Shown piece after piece: positions 1 through 8,998 of a stretch of 64,000 bases of DNA. Below the pieces are notes generated by a model. That model made no database searches, was not told the origin of the DNA, and saw only the letters and a program-made list of their open reading frames with translations. Each line of letters starts with the position of its first letter. Within the stretch, counting starts at the first letter, position 1. The stretch lies in the NCBI GenBank assembly GCA_000002445.1, contig CM000208.1:992001-1056000 (forward strand), given 5' to 3'. Made by a program: the position numbers and the translations under genes. Source of the DNA: Trypanosoma brucei. Taxonomy: Eukaryota.

Positions 1-3000
1 CGTCACAAGCACCGCCGTTTATTCCAGGGAAAGTGGTCGCACTCAATGGGGCGAGTAGGGTTTGTTTGCAACTGATAAGGTACGCGTTTATCCCAAGTAG
101 TAGACAAGTGCCTGCGAACGAGGAGAACCCCTTTCCGACCGCCTGCAGAAGTGCACTCAACAGTTTTGTGGTGTTCAGCAACTGCCGCAGTAGACGCTCA
201 AGGCGGCGTGTACAATGTGTTTGTTCTCTTACCCACTTTTCCCACCAGCTGCCGAAACAAAAGACCCCACTTCCTGCAGCCTTTGTTGGTGTGACATGCT
301 CAACAATGAGTCTCTGAACAAGTCCGTTAAGGACAGCTGTAAATTCTCCTCTGTCCGTGAGGTGCGTAACAAAAGCGAGTAGTCGACGCTGGAGAACCGC
401 CTGATCCTTCACTTTATCCCGTGAAACGCTGCTCGTCAGTTTGGGGAGAGCAACAGTAAGCGCAGTTGCGATATAATCGGCCCGATGCTCCTGCGGTACG
501 TCAGTCTCCACGTGAAAACTTGAAAGAAAGTTGAAAAGGTTCTGCTGAGTGTCGCAGAATGGGACAAGCTGACGGTAATAACGGGAAAACGGTGCGACCT
601 TAAGACGCCGTAGTAGATCAATCGCTGCCCGCTGTAGTTTGGTATTTGAATCTGATACAAGACTTGCACAAATTCGGTGGAGCCGTTTAGTTAAGAGGGT
701 TGCATCCTCCCTTGATTGGCCCGACGGCTGTAGGGGAGACTCTTCTTCTGTGTAGGCGACTGTAGCGGCTGCTGTATAGGCATTTAACGCCAACGTGAGA
801 CGTTCGTCCAACATCTTGAGATGACGTATGCCGCTTGGGTGCTCCCCACATCGAATCGCAGATAACTCAACCGCTAACTCCGCGACAAGTGAATCTTTGG
901 TGTCGGCTGCCGATCCTCCACCCGTTCGAGCCATGTCCGATAGGCCCGAAAGAAACGTCTTTGCCAACACAGCACGATCTGTTGCGTGACGTGCTGCAGC
1001 TCTACCATGTGTGTATGTTGGTGAAACAGCCGGGAGGTAATGTCGTTCCCACATCAATATTTCACCATCGTTATTTACCAGTAACAACCAAGTAACAGTG
1101 GAACTTTTATACTGTGCTGTAGAAAAGTCCTTGCTTACCAGCTCGCCCTTCTCGTGTCGCTGCATATCTGTCAGTTGAATTCGATAAAAGAGTGGGGAAC
1201 TGCTGCTATGAATGGACGACTCAGTGCCCTTGTAGTTGCTGGTACTGTTATTATTGTAACAATCATCAGTATCGCACTCGTTAGAAGCGGATGACGCAAC
1301 CCGAACAATGTCGCCTAAGACAATGGAGCGTGCGTACCGGGAAATAACGGTCTCCCACACAAGGGGGTCAAGTAAACTTTTACAATCCTCAACCTCTTCG
1401 TTGTCACCGAAAGGGGACCCGTCGTCTCTCAGCTGATGTAAACCGGTGCCGTGCCGTCGAGCTACTGTATCCTCACTTTTCACCAGATCGGAGAGAATCT
1501 TCAGTGCAATGGGCCAGGCGACAGAATATTTTGTGTGCAGCAGCCCCATCATTGCCCTTGCGAGAATCACTCGCCTCAGGGGCTCACGCAGCGCTCCAGA
1601 AGCGGCATCAAACGATAACTTCGCAAGTGCTTGCTGAATACCGTCCAGATTTCCTGCCGATGAAAGAGGATTAAAAAGTTCAGCGCGAAGTAACGAATCG
1701 AAGAATGTCGGATCGACCGAACTGCAACCAGAAACCCTTTTAGTATCTTCCACTTCAGGGTGACAGAAAAGCCTCAGCAGGCGCAACGCTACGACGCGCA
1801 ACGACTGTATCGGTGACACAAGAGCCTCAAATAAAAGCGTATGGACCAAAGCACGTTGTGACTTGTCGTCCAATGTTTCATGTAGCCGCGCCGTTGCTCT
1901 AAGAAAGGTTTGCCGCTGTTGTGATATTTGCTGTGATACGACGTGGCCCTTCGCCTTTTCCTTTTTATGAACAGCTACAGTAGCTTCACTACCTTCTCCA
2001 TCTGCTACGAGGCTCTCTTCCACACCAAACAATCGAAACATAGCATGCAACAGGCATTCCATACCGTGTAGTAACCGTCCCACCTCGCTATCACCCAAAA
2101 TCACTACGCGATGCTCCTCAAAGCTAGTCGCAAGAATTACAACGGCATCCCTAATAAACTCCATGGAGTCTTTATCACTTTCCGGTGCACCGCAGAGGGG
2201 TGCCAATTGCATGAGCAAAGCCGAAGCTTGTGCGAACAGAGCAAAAGAAGAAGCAGTGACACGTGCAGAAGTAGCGGATGGCGCCCCATGCACAGCCAGC
2301 TTCACCGCTGATATCACCTGTAATAGCGCATCGCGAAACTGCCAAGCGAACAAGGCGTTTGCCTCGGCGGGCTCATTTCCTCGTGTTTGTCTCAGTGTGG
2401 TGCGTTCTGCCTCGGCAACAACGAGGGCAGGAGGAAGAACGGCAATCAGTACATCGGCCCACTTAGCTGCTTTCGTGCGTGCTGTGAATGCTTCAGCAGC
2501 ACTTTGCAAGGATGTAAACAGCGCAGCAGTGCCAAGCAAAAGTGTCTGAATGTCCTTCATTAGCGTGACGCGTTCCTCAAGAGACAAATTATTATTGTTA
2601 TTATTATTATTTCTCTTTTTACTTCCCTCACCAAAGGCGGTGGTAAGGGTCGTCGTGGTCAGCAGGTGTAAGGGGCTCACTGAAGTGTTTCTTGTGCGAT
2701 CGCACATCATCCCAATCATCATAACCGCGTGGGTTGTGTCACGAAACGCTATCGACTCTTCATCCGGACCCGAAGAGTGACTAGCTTCGTCCCTGTCTTC
2801 AAGAGTGTCTCCGCTGTTAAGCTTAGAGAGAGATGCGTTTGCCATTTTACACGAGGCATGAAGCACTGGTGCTAGAAGCGCATACGCGAAGGAAGTCAAC
2901 CGAGACTTTACCCGGTCAGAGCCACTTCTACTTCGACCTACCGTTCCCATTTGGTTTGCGCTCTCCTCATCGTCACGCTCATGAATGATCCGTTCTTGCC

Positions 3001-4930
3001 GCAAGCTGTAGGCGTAGTTTTTCTGCAACACATCTTGCACAAACGCAAAAAGCAAAAGCCGCGTTGAAGTTTGCAGCTCTAAATCCAACGTTACACCTTG
3101 AGGACCAATAGACCCATCACCTTTGAAAGAGCTAACTGACACGCACGTTGAGATGATATCACGGCAAAGTGGCAGGCACAGATCGTGTAATTTGGCCATG
3201 TGAGAGCGCGGCACCATCCCGGTATCAACACATAATGGCGTAAACAACTCGAGTGCGGCACCACAAGAGCGTACGAGATGACACCAACCTGCCGTTGGAT
3301 GTCCACATATCGCAACATCGTTGTGTGCCAAGGTTTCCCGCCGGTTTGCCAGAAAAAATTGTAGTTGTTTTGCCATTTGTCGTATCGCCGGTAGCGAAGC
3401 GCCCTTCCACAAAAGTAAACAATCCTTGGCATGCAATAACTGCTGAAGTAGATGCAGAAAAGGAGCAGTGAAGTCAAGCGTTGCCACCACGGTCGTCAGC
3501 ATTTGCAACGGTGGTGAGTGCACGCTTCCACTATCATCTCTATCCTCCTCAAAATCATCATCAACATCACCCATTGAGGCGGCAGTGGCTGAGGAGTTGG
3601 CAGTCTCCTCAATCAAAGTGCGGAGAGCGCTGCCGATCGAAGTGGCTCCGATCATTTGCACCAGCTCACCAAGTACTCCGGTTTGGGTATCACCATGCTG
3701 TTGCACGAATTCCACCCCTTCCTTTTCGTATTCTTCCCGACTCTCAAGAAACAACTCTTTCCAATGGGTATAATGGGCAAACCCTTCGGCTTCCTCCACT
3801 GTGAAACCGAAAAATTCTTGTTCGTTTACTCCGTACCCAGAATCGTAAGCACTTGAGAAATTTGTGCGCTTGGAAAGACCAAAAACGTATATTAGCACGA
3901 CGTAAAAGTTCTCAAAATTTGTATTGAGTGAGCCACGAATTCCACGTAGAACATCAGCAGCGAAGAAACACAAACTATCAACAACTGGAAGGAACGAGAG
4001 ACGTTCCTTCTGGTACCTTAATAGTCGGTCGAGTGTCAGAGCATTTGTTTTTGAACCCATCACTTCCCTTACCCTATTGCCTTCCTCATGGTGAGTACCA
4101 ATCGTACCATGACTTTCCTCATATTCCTCTTCGTTATCCATTCCGTCAACATCATCGTCTGCGCCGCGAACCTTGCGTGCATCGTCACCACAGTAGTCTT
4201 TGAAATCGTGCACAACATCGACACACATTACTTCCAACACTAACGGAAGCAACTCACGCGTCATTCGACATGTCGACGCCAGGACTTCGGCTGCCAACCG
4301 CCGTATGTATTCCTTTGAATCATGCATCTGTCGCACGTACAATTTAATGACAAGTTCGACCAGCTTTCGTTGCTCCTGCAGGAGCCAAAAGGGTCGCATT
4401 TCACGGCACCACGCTGCCTGTGCAGAGAAAATAAGTTGCAGGCGTCGAGTTTCCGCCAGAAGCTGCCCGTTCGCGTCATATATACCCCCATTAATGGCCT
4501 GATGGAAGCATTCAAAATATAGAAAAAACTTTTCACGCATGTCCCGTGCAAAGGCCACGGTGAGTCGAGCAAATGCTTCAAATCCCTCAGCGAACTTGTC
4601 ACGGTTCATCATGGCAAGTAACAATTTTTGGGCTATCTTACGGTGATTAAGTTGAAACAATGCGCGTGAACTGCACAAATCCAGCACCTCCCACCGGAAA
4701 CTCTTAAAATCTGTGGTTGAGTGAGAAAGCATTTGCTCGTTCAATTCAGTAAGGAAGGCACAATCCTCGCTCTCGGGATGTGGCGCCCAATCATCGGTGA
4801 ATCCACCGGCAGGTTGCATGTTTATCGCCCCGAGGACGTTGTAGCCAATACCCACGTGTACATGCTGTACGGCGTTGCGAAATATCTTCTCACGTCCGCG
4901 GGCATTGTGACCACGCTTTTTTGGTGGCAT
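1..4930 (-). CDS. Large hypothetical protein, partial (more than 1640 aa in window; C-terminus beyond left edge). N-terminus MPPKKRGHNARGREKIFRNAV...; contains a poly-Asn run and looks mostly alpha-helical.
   Basis: I translated the reverse complement from 4990 downward by eye: a stop (TAA) at 5002..5000, the first ATG at 4930..4928, then an open frame with no stop down to position 1. The track lists no minus-strand ORF in this frame (coordinate mod 3 = 1) anywhere in 1..4990. That fits an ORF whose stop lies outside the window, since the track evidently requires an in-window stop. The other two minus frames give only short ORFs. A polypyrimidine run lies upstream of the ATG on the minus strand (5060..5200). 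Confidence 0.6.
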   Translation of the reverse strand, partial: MPPKKRGHNARGREKIFRNAVQHVHVGIGYNVLGAINMQPAGGFTDDWAPHPESEDCAFLTELNEQMLSHSTTDFKSFRWEVLDLCSSRALFQLNHRKIAQKLLLAMMNRDKFAEGFEAFARLTVAFARDMREKFFLYFECFHQAINGGIYDANGQLLAETRRLQLIFSAQAAWCREMRPFWLLQEQRKLVELVIKLYVRQMHDSKEYIRRLAAEVLASTCRMTRELLPLVLEVMCVDVVHDFKDYCGDDARKVRGADDDVDGMDNEEEYEESHGTIGTHHEEGNRVREVMGSKTNALTLDRLLRYQKERLSFLPVVDSLCFFAADVLRGIRGSLNTNFENFYVVLIYVFGLSKRTNFSSAYDSGYGVNEQEFFGFTVEEAEGFAHYTHWKELFLESREEYEKEGVEFVQQHGDTQTGVLGELVQMIGATSIGSALRTLIEETANSSATAASMGDVDDDFEEDRDDSGSVHSPPLQMLTTVVATLDFTAPFLHLLQQLLHAKDCLLLWKGASLPAIRQMAKQLQFFLANRRETLAHNDVAICGHPTAGWCHLVRSCGAALELFTPLCVDTGMVPRSHMAKLHDLCLPLCRDIISTCVSVSSFKGDGSIGPQGVTLDLELQTSTRLLLFAFVQDVLQKNYAYSLRQERIIHERDDEESANQMGTVGRSRSGSDRVKSRLTSFAYALLAPVLHASCKMANASLSKLNSGDTLEDRDEASHSSGPDEESIAFRDTTHAVMMIGMMCDRTRNTSVSPLHLLTTTTLTTAFGEGSKKRNNNNNNNNLSLEERVTLMKDIQTLLLGTAALFTSLQSAAEAFTARTKAAKWADVLIAVLPPALVVAEAERTTLRQTRGNEPAEANALFAWQFRDALLQVISAVKLAVHGAPSATSARVTASSFALFAQASALLMQLAPLCGAPESDKDSMEFIRDAVVILATSFEEHRVVILGDSEVGRLLHGMECLLHAMFRLFGVEESLVADGEGSEATVAVHKKEKAKGHVVSQQISQQRQTFLRATARLHETLDDKSQRALVHTLLFEALVSPIQSLRVVALRLLRLFCHPEVEDTKRVSGCSSVDPTFFDSLLRAELFNPLSSAGNLDGIQQALAKLSFDAASGALREPLRRVILARAMMGLLHTKYSVAWPIALKILSDLVKSEDTVARRHGTGLHQLRDDGSPFGDNEEVEDCKSLLDPLVWETVISRYARSIVLGDIVRVASSASNECDTDDCYNNNSTSNYKGTESSIHSSSSPLFYRIQLTDMQRHEKGELVSKDFSTAQYKSSTVTWLLLVNNDGEILMWERHYLPAVSPTYTHGRAAARHATDRAVLAKTFLSGLSDMARTGGGSAADTKDSLVAELAVELSAIRCGEHPSGIRHLKMLDERLTLALNAYTAAATVAYTEEESPLQPSGQSREDATLLTKRLHRICASLVSDSNTKLQRAAIDLLRRLKVAPFSRYYRQLVPFCDTQQNLFNFLSSFHVETDVPQEHRADYIATALTVALPKLTSSVSRDKVKDQAVLQRRLLAFVTHLTDRGEFTAVLNGLVQRLIVEHVTPTKAAGSGVFCFGSWWEKWVREQTHCTRRLERLLRQLLNTTKLLSALLQAVGKGFSSFAGTCLLLGINAYLISCKQTLLAPLSATTFPGINGGACD

Positions 4931-5493
4931 CTCTCTTTTTTTTTCAATTCCAATCAACTTCACCAACGGTTGTTCCACCGTGGGGGAATAATGGAGGTTT
5001 TAGGTATAATACCAACGTAATCTGCACACTTGCTCGAGCGTATCCCTCTTCGACAGTAGATGGGTAAGAGGAAAAAGACACTCCACCAACGAACCAAACA
5101 CGGTGAATGAACCTACAATGTACAATATTAAGGTATAGAAGAGAAAGAAGTAAGGTTTTTCTTTTTTAAAAAAGTATACTAACATTTTTTTAGGACGGCA
5201 AAACGTCGCGAATGAATTAGCAGCAATGGGAAATAGAAAAGGCAGCAAGTCAAATCAATGTACACGAACCGAGTACCTCATAATGAAGGAGAGGAAGCAA
5301 AACAAAAGAAAAGTTAGAGTATGAAAGATAAGAAACCTTAAGAAGAATGGATAATTTTTCACCTAAAAGTTGTCGACTTTAAAAAGATATATATATTATT
5401 ACTTCATAGTTCGCTGTGGGTCACGTGACTCGAAAAACCTTCCAGCTTCGATGAACCCGTCTTTTTTCTTTTTGAGTTTCATTTTGTGACTAA

Positions 5494-8400
5494 TCACTGA
5501 TCAGAGCCTACACAAGATTCACATGAACTATCCTGAAGTCTTCCAGAAAAAGTTCGGAGCAGCCACTTTGTTGACCGCAGCATTACATGTGGTGCGGAAT
5601 ACCTTTCGGTAACGTCACCAAACGTTACAAATGGTTTCGACCCTACAAAAACTTGCGAAGGGCTCACATCACGGACCGGGGTTACCTCCCTCGACTGTAC
5701 AAGGGAAAGTAATACGCTAAATGACTGTAGAATTCTCTCGAGGCGACGCTTGAACAGTAGTTGGCTACCCGAGCACGGTGCATCTTTTCCAGTGGACACG
5801 GAGTCGCGCAAAATTATAACGTTTCGTATTAAAAACGTACTCGCGGTACACCTCTCAGGGCAGCACTCAACGTTAAAAACACTACGCCCAGCACCATTCG
5901 CCATATGCATCGCGTTCTGCACTGCTGTCACTCTTTCGTCGTGATCACAGCCATTTCTTCCTATCATAACGTCGTTATAGCTCATGGACATGGCATCCAG
6001 CAATAGCTGACGCACACACTCCTCCGGAAACCTTAGAAGTACCCCACCACTGAGAAGAATCAGACGGCGCCAGCTGCAGAAATCATAGCCTCCTGTTACT
6101 GTAGCCGATAACTCTCGAGATGATCCACGCATGCTGATACTTCCACTCGTTTGTTGCTGTAAGAGAAGTTGAAGGACACTATCTGGCAGCAACATAAAGG
6201 CATGTCCTTCAGCCGCCCACCTTCCCGGAGTTTGGTTGTCGACAGACGCCCCACTACCCCCACATGTTGAAACGGACTCATGGCGAGACCATGATGGTCT
6301 TTTCGAATATTGAAGGGCAGGAAGCAAGCACCGCGCTGCCACACTTTCGACAATCCACCTAAAGTCGGTTACCAGTGCACCGCTCACGAGCGCACAAGCT
6401 GTAGTTGGTGTCATAGACGTTAGGTTACTATCTCTCGCGGAAGGCACGCCACCGCAGTCACTAATACAACTTCCGTCGTCACTAATAGAGGCAAGTCTTC
6501 CTTCCGTGGGCATAATAAGACAGTACGAGCAAGTAATTGATGCAGCGGCGTAATGTCTCTCCTTCCAGTACAATTGACTTTCTGCAGGAGTTCCAGACCC
6601 CTGACAACTGGGGAGACGAAAGACATGTCGTATCACTTTCTGTGGTTTGGGGTCATAGATACGTAAACGGCTGTCAACACTACCCATACGTTCATCAAGG
6701 ACTCTGGCGCCAAACATCTGCGCCGCTGAAACGAGGACTTCGCCAGTTTTGGTTGAATTTTCTACGGAAGCATCCACCGAAAAGGTGTGCGGCAACCTAA
6801 ACACATCATCTTTATGCTCTGATAACTGCGATGTCGAGATCGTAGAGGTACTGCGTTCACGAGCTCCCGAACCTCCCGCAATATTTTTCCCGTGATTTAA
6901 TAACTCCCTTCCAGAACATATATCAGGATCACATGACGATAGATTCTGCGTCACGGCAACCCCGCCGTTATGTACTTGGTTCTCGTGGGTATTCGCTCTG
7001 CCCTTTGTCTCAAAAATGAGTGCCGATTCAGTGGGAATCTCTGAGCGCTGGGCATGTACTCGAAAGTTGAAACTTTCACCAAAGAAACTGCTGCTGTCGC
7101 TACTGCTCAAGCTGCTGTCGCTACTGCTGTCCTTCCCATCCCCTTCACCCACTTCACGCACAGTTGGTGCATCCTTTGGTAACGTATTCGACTGAACACT
7201 GGTAGACACTGCCGTCGCAACAGGTGTTAAGGCATCTCCCCCCACGTTATCAATAACACCCACGTCTTCTTGAGGTTTCTGGGAAAAGTGCCTTGTTGAT
7301 GCACTCGACTGAACACTGGTAGGCACTGCCGTCGCAACAGCTGTTAAGGCATCTCCTCCCGCAGTTCCACTACCAACGGCATTTGTACGATGACATGGTT
7401 CACTATGCCGCTGTAAATCTTGACTAGAGCCCGACTCGGAGCAAGAGCTACTTAACTCTTCAAAATTTCGTAAAACATCCGAATTTTCTGCATCCCCGTT
7501 TGAAGTTAGGGGTCGACACACTTCCGACGGAGAGGAACAACCAACCCCTCTCGTTTTCGACCTTCCGTGGGGTTCTGGCATCGTCTGATGTACACCACCT
7601 ACAACTTCTGGAGAGCCGCTACGCGAGCGGACTGACACGGGGAAGTTGTGGTCAGACAACGTGACAGTGCTATGCGGATTGGTCGTATTTACAGAAACGT
7701 GGCTAGTGACCGACAGAGGTGATGTGCCCATAGGAGTTGCGGATGGCGAGTACGGCAGCGAACCAATCGCCTGCCTGTGGGTTCCATGTTCAGATTTTTT
7801 CTCAGGTTCACCAGTTGCCTCCTCAGCAACGGGGGGTGCATTGTTAGATTGCAGTGTCACTGTCTGGACGCCAGCGTTCCCTGTCAGAGACACCCCACTT
7901 AGTGTTGATAATACCTGGGAAACCTCTGCAGAAGGTGCCAACGCTTCTTCCTCTTCGATGTGTCCAGCCTTCACCAGATCGTTATCATCATTACTTTTAG
8001 GACTAACTAGTGCAGCGGACAGCAATGGATGTTTCATAATATCTGAAACTAGATTGCTCACCAATGAAACACTAATCAAATCTGAAATCTGAGCAGGAAC
8101 GGAGCAAATGGGGCACGACTGACCTAGTCTGAGGCGTTTCGTGCTACGCCCTCTTCCGGACTTCGCCACTGGGGACGTTCGGACGTCGTTGATATTTCCC
8201 CTCCCTCTACTATTTCTTTTTTGTGGACTGCTCCATTGGTCCCCATGACTGTTTTCGGTAAGTTGCCTCTCGTCTTCTTCCCAAGGATCTTTCACAGAAG
8301 GGCAACTTTTTTCAATCGCATTGACGATGCAACTGTGACAAAATACATGACCACAAACGTCCAAAGCGGTGGGATTTTCTTGAAGCGGCCGGTGACATAT

Positions 8401-8520
8401 TGGACAGAGGAACGTTTGTCGAAGTTTCTTGAACACGAGCTCTGTTAGGGCTGGATCTTCTTCTTCACCTTCAACGCCTTCTGACTTACGCACCCGAAAA
8501 CTGTTAAGCTCTGTGGTCAT
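5494..8520 (-). CDS. RING-finger (C3HC4-type) protein, 1008 aa. It has a long Ser/Pro/Thr-rich low-complexity middle with internal repeats.
   Basis: Complete ORF in the track; the ATG at 8520..8518 was verified. The N-terminus reads CPICHRPLQENPTALDVCGHVFCHSCIVNAIEKSCP, with a further CPIC pair about 75 aa downstream. The protein repeat GGDALT(A/P)VATAV(P/S)TSVQS occurs twice. Confidence 0.7.
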   Translation of the reverse strand: MTTELNSFRVRKSEGVEGEEEDPALTELVFKKLRQTFLCPICHRPLQENPTALDVCGHVFCHSCIVNAIEKSCPSVKDPWEEDERQLTENSHGDQWSSPQKRNSRGRGNINDVRTSPVAKSGRGRSTKRLRLGQSCPICSVPAQISDLISVSLVSNLVSDIMKHPLLSAALVSPKSNDDNDLVKAGHIEEEEALAPSAEVSQVLSTLSGVSLTGNAGVQTVTLQSNNAPPVAEEATGEPEKKSEHGTHRQAIGSLPYSPSATPMGTSPLSVTSHVSVNTTNPHSTVTLSDHNFPVSVRSRSGSPEVVGGVHQTMPEPHGRSKTRGVGCSSPSEVCRPLTSNGDAENSDVLRNFEELSSSCSESGSSQDLQRHSEPCHRTNAVGSGTAGGDALTAVATAVPTSVQSSASTRHFSQKPQEDVGVIDNVGGDALTPVATAVSTSVQSNTLPKDAPTVREVGEGDGKDSSSDSSLSSSDSSSFFGESFNFRVHAQRSEIPTESALIFETKGRANTHENQVHNGGVAVTQNLSSCDPDICSGRELLNHGKNIAGGSGARERSTSTISTSQLSEHKDDVFRLPHTFSVDASVENSTKTGEVLVSAAQMFGARVLDERMGSVDSRLRIYDPKPQKVIRHVFRLPSCQGSGTPAESQLYWKERHYAAASITCSYCLIMPTEGRLASISDDGSCISDCGGVPSARDSNLTSMTPTTACALVSGALVTDFRWIVESVAARCLLPALQYSKRPSWSRHESVSTCGGSGASVDNQTPGRWAAEGHAFMLLPDSVLQLLLQQQTSGSISMRGSSRELSATVTGGYDFCSWRRLILLSGGVLLRFPEECVRQLLLDAMSMSYNDVMIGRNGCDHDERVTAVQNAMHMANGAGRSVFNVECCPERCTASTFLIRNVIILRDSVSTGKDAPCSGSQLLFKRRLERILQSFSVLLSLVQSREVTPVRDVSPSQVFVGSKPFVTFGDVTERYSAPHVMLRSTKWLLRTFSGRLQDSSCESCVGSDQ
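7089..7372 (-). repeat. Intragenic direct repeats inside the RING-protein CDS: a 17-nt unit (ctgctgtcgctactgct) twice at 7089..7128, and a roughly 60-bp imperfect direct repeat at 7189..7262 and 7303..7372
   Basis: cgactgaacactggtagacactgccgtcgcaacaggtgttaaggcatctcc versus cgactgaacactggtaggcactgccgtcgcaacagctgttaaggcatctcc. They encode the duplicated peptide GGDALT.VATAV.TSVQS and an SSDSS-rich run. Confidence 0.85.
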
Positions 8521-8998
8521 TTGTATAAGCAGTACTTGTAGCTATAACCACAGCTGATTCTGATCTCAAGTCCCTTTACAACAAGATAAACATTCACAAC
8601 GATGGAAAGCATGGTATGTCAACTGCAAAAGTGTAATACGCAGCCATTTACAAGAACAAAAAAATGGTGGAGCAATGGGGACTTTTTTTTTAAAAAAAAA
8701 GAAAAAGAATTTCTTGTTTTTTAAATATTAACTCAAGCATGTGTACAGGTAGAAAGAACCATTGAATGACACACTTTGAATAAGTGCGAATGTATTTACC
8801 TCTGCACACCATGTTAACAGTTTACACCCAAGAGGTAATAAAGTGATGAAACATAAACGGATAATCCGAATGGAAAGAATTCATCTATCTTAGCACCACT
8901 GCCCATGCTGGTCTCGTATTTTTGATGTTGCCAAACCTCTGTCGTAGGAAACTGGACATATAACACACCACCACAAATTGTTCTTCTTGGGTAAAATA

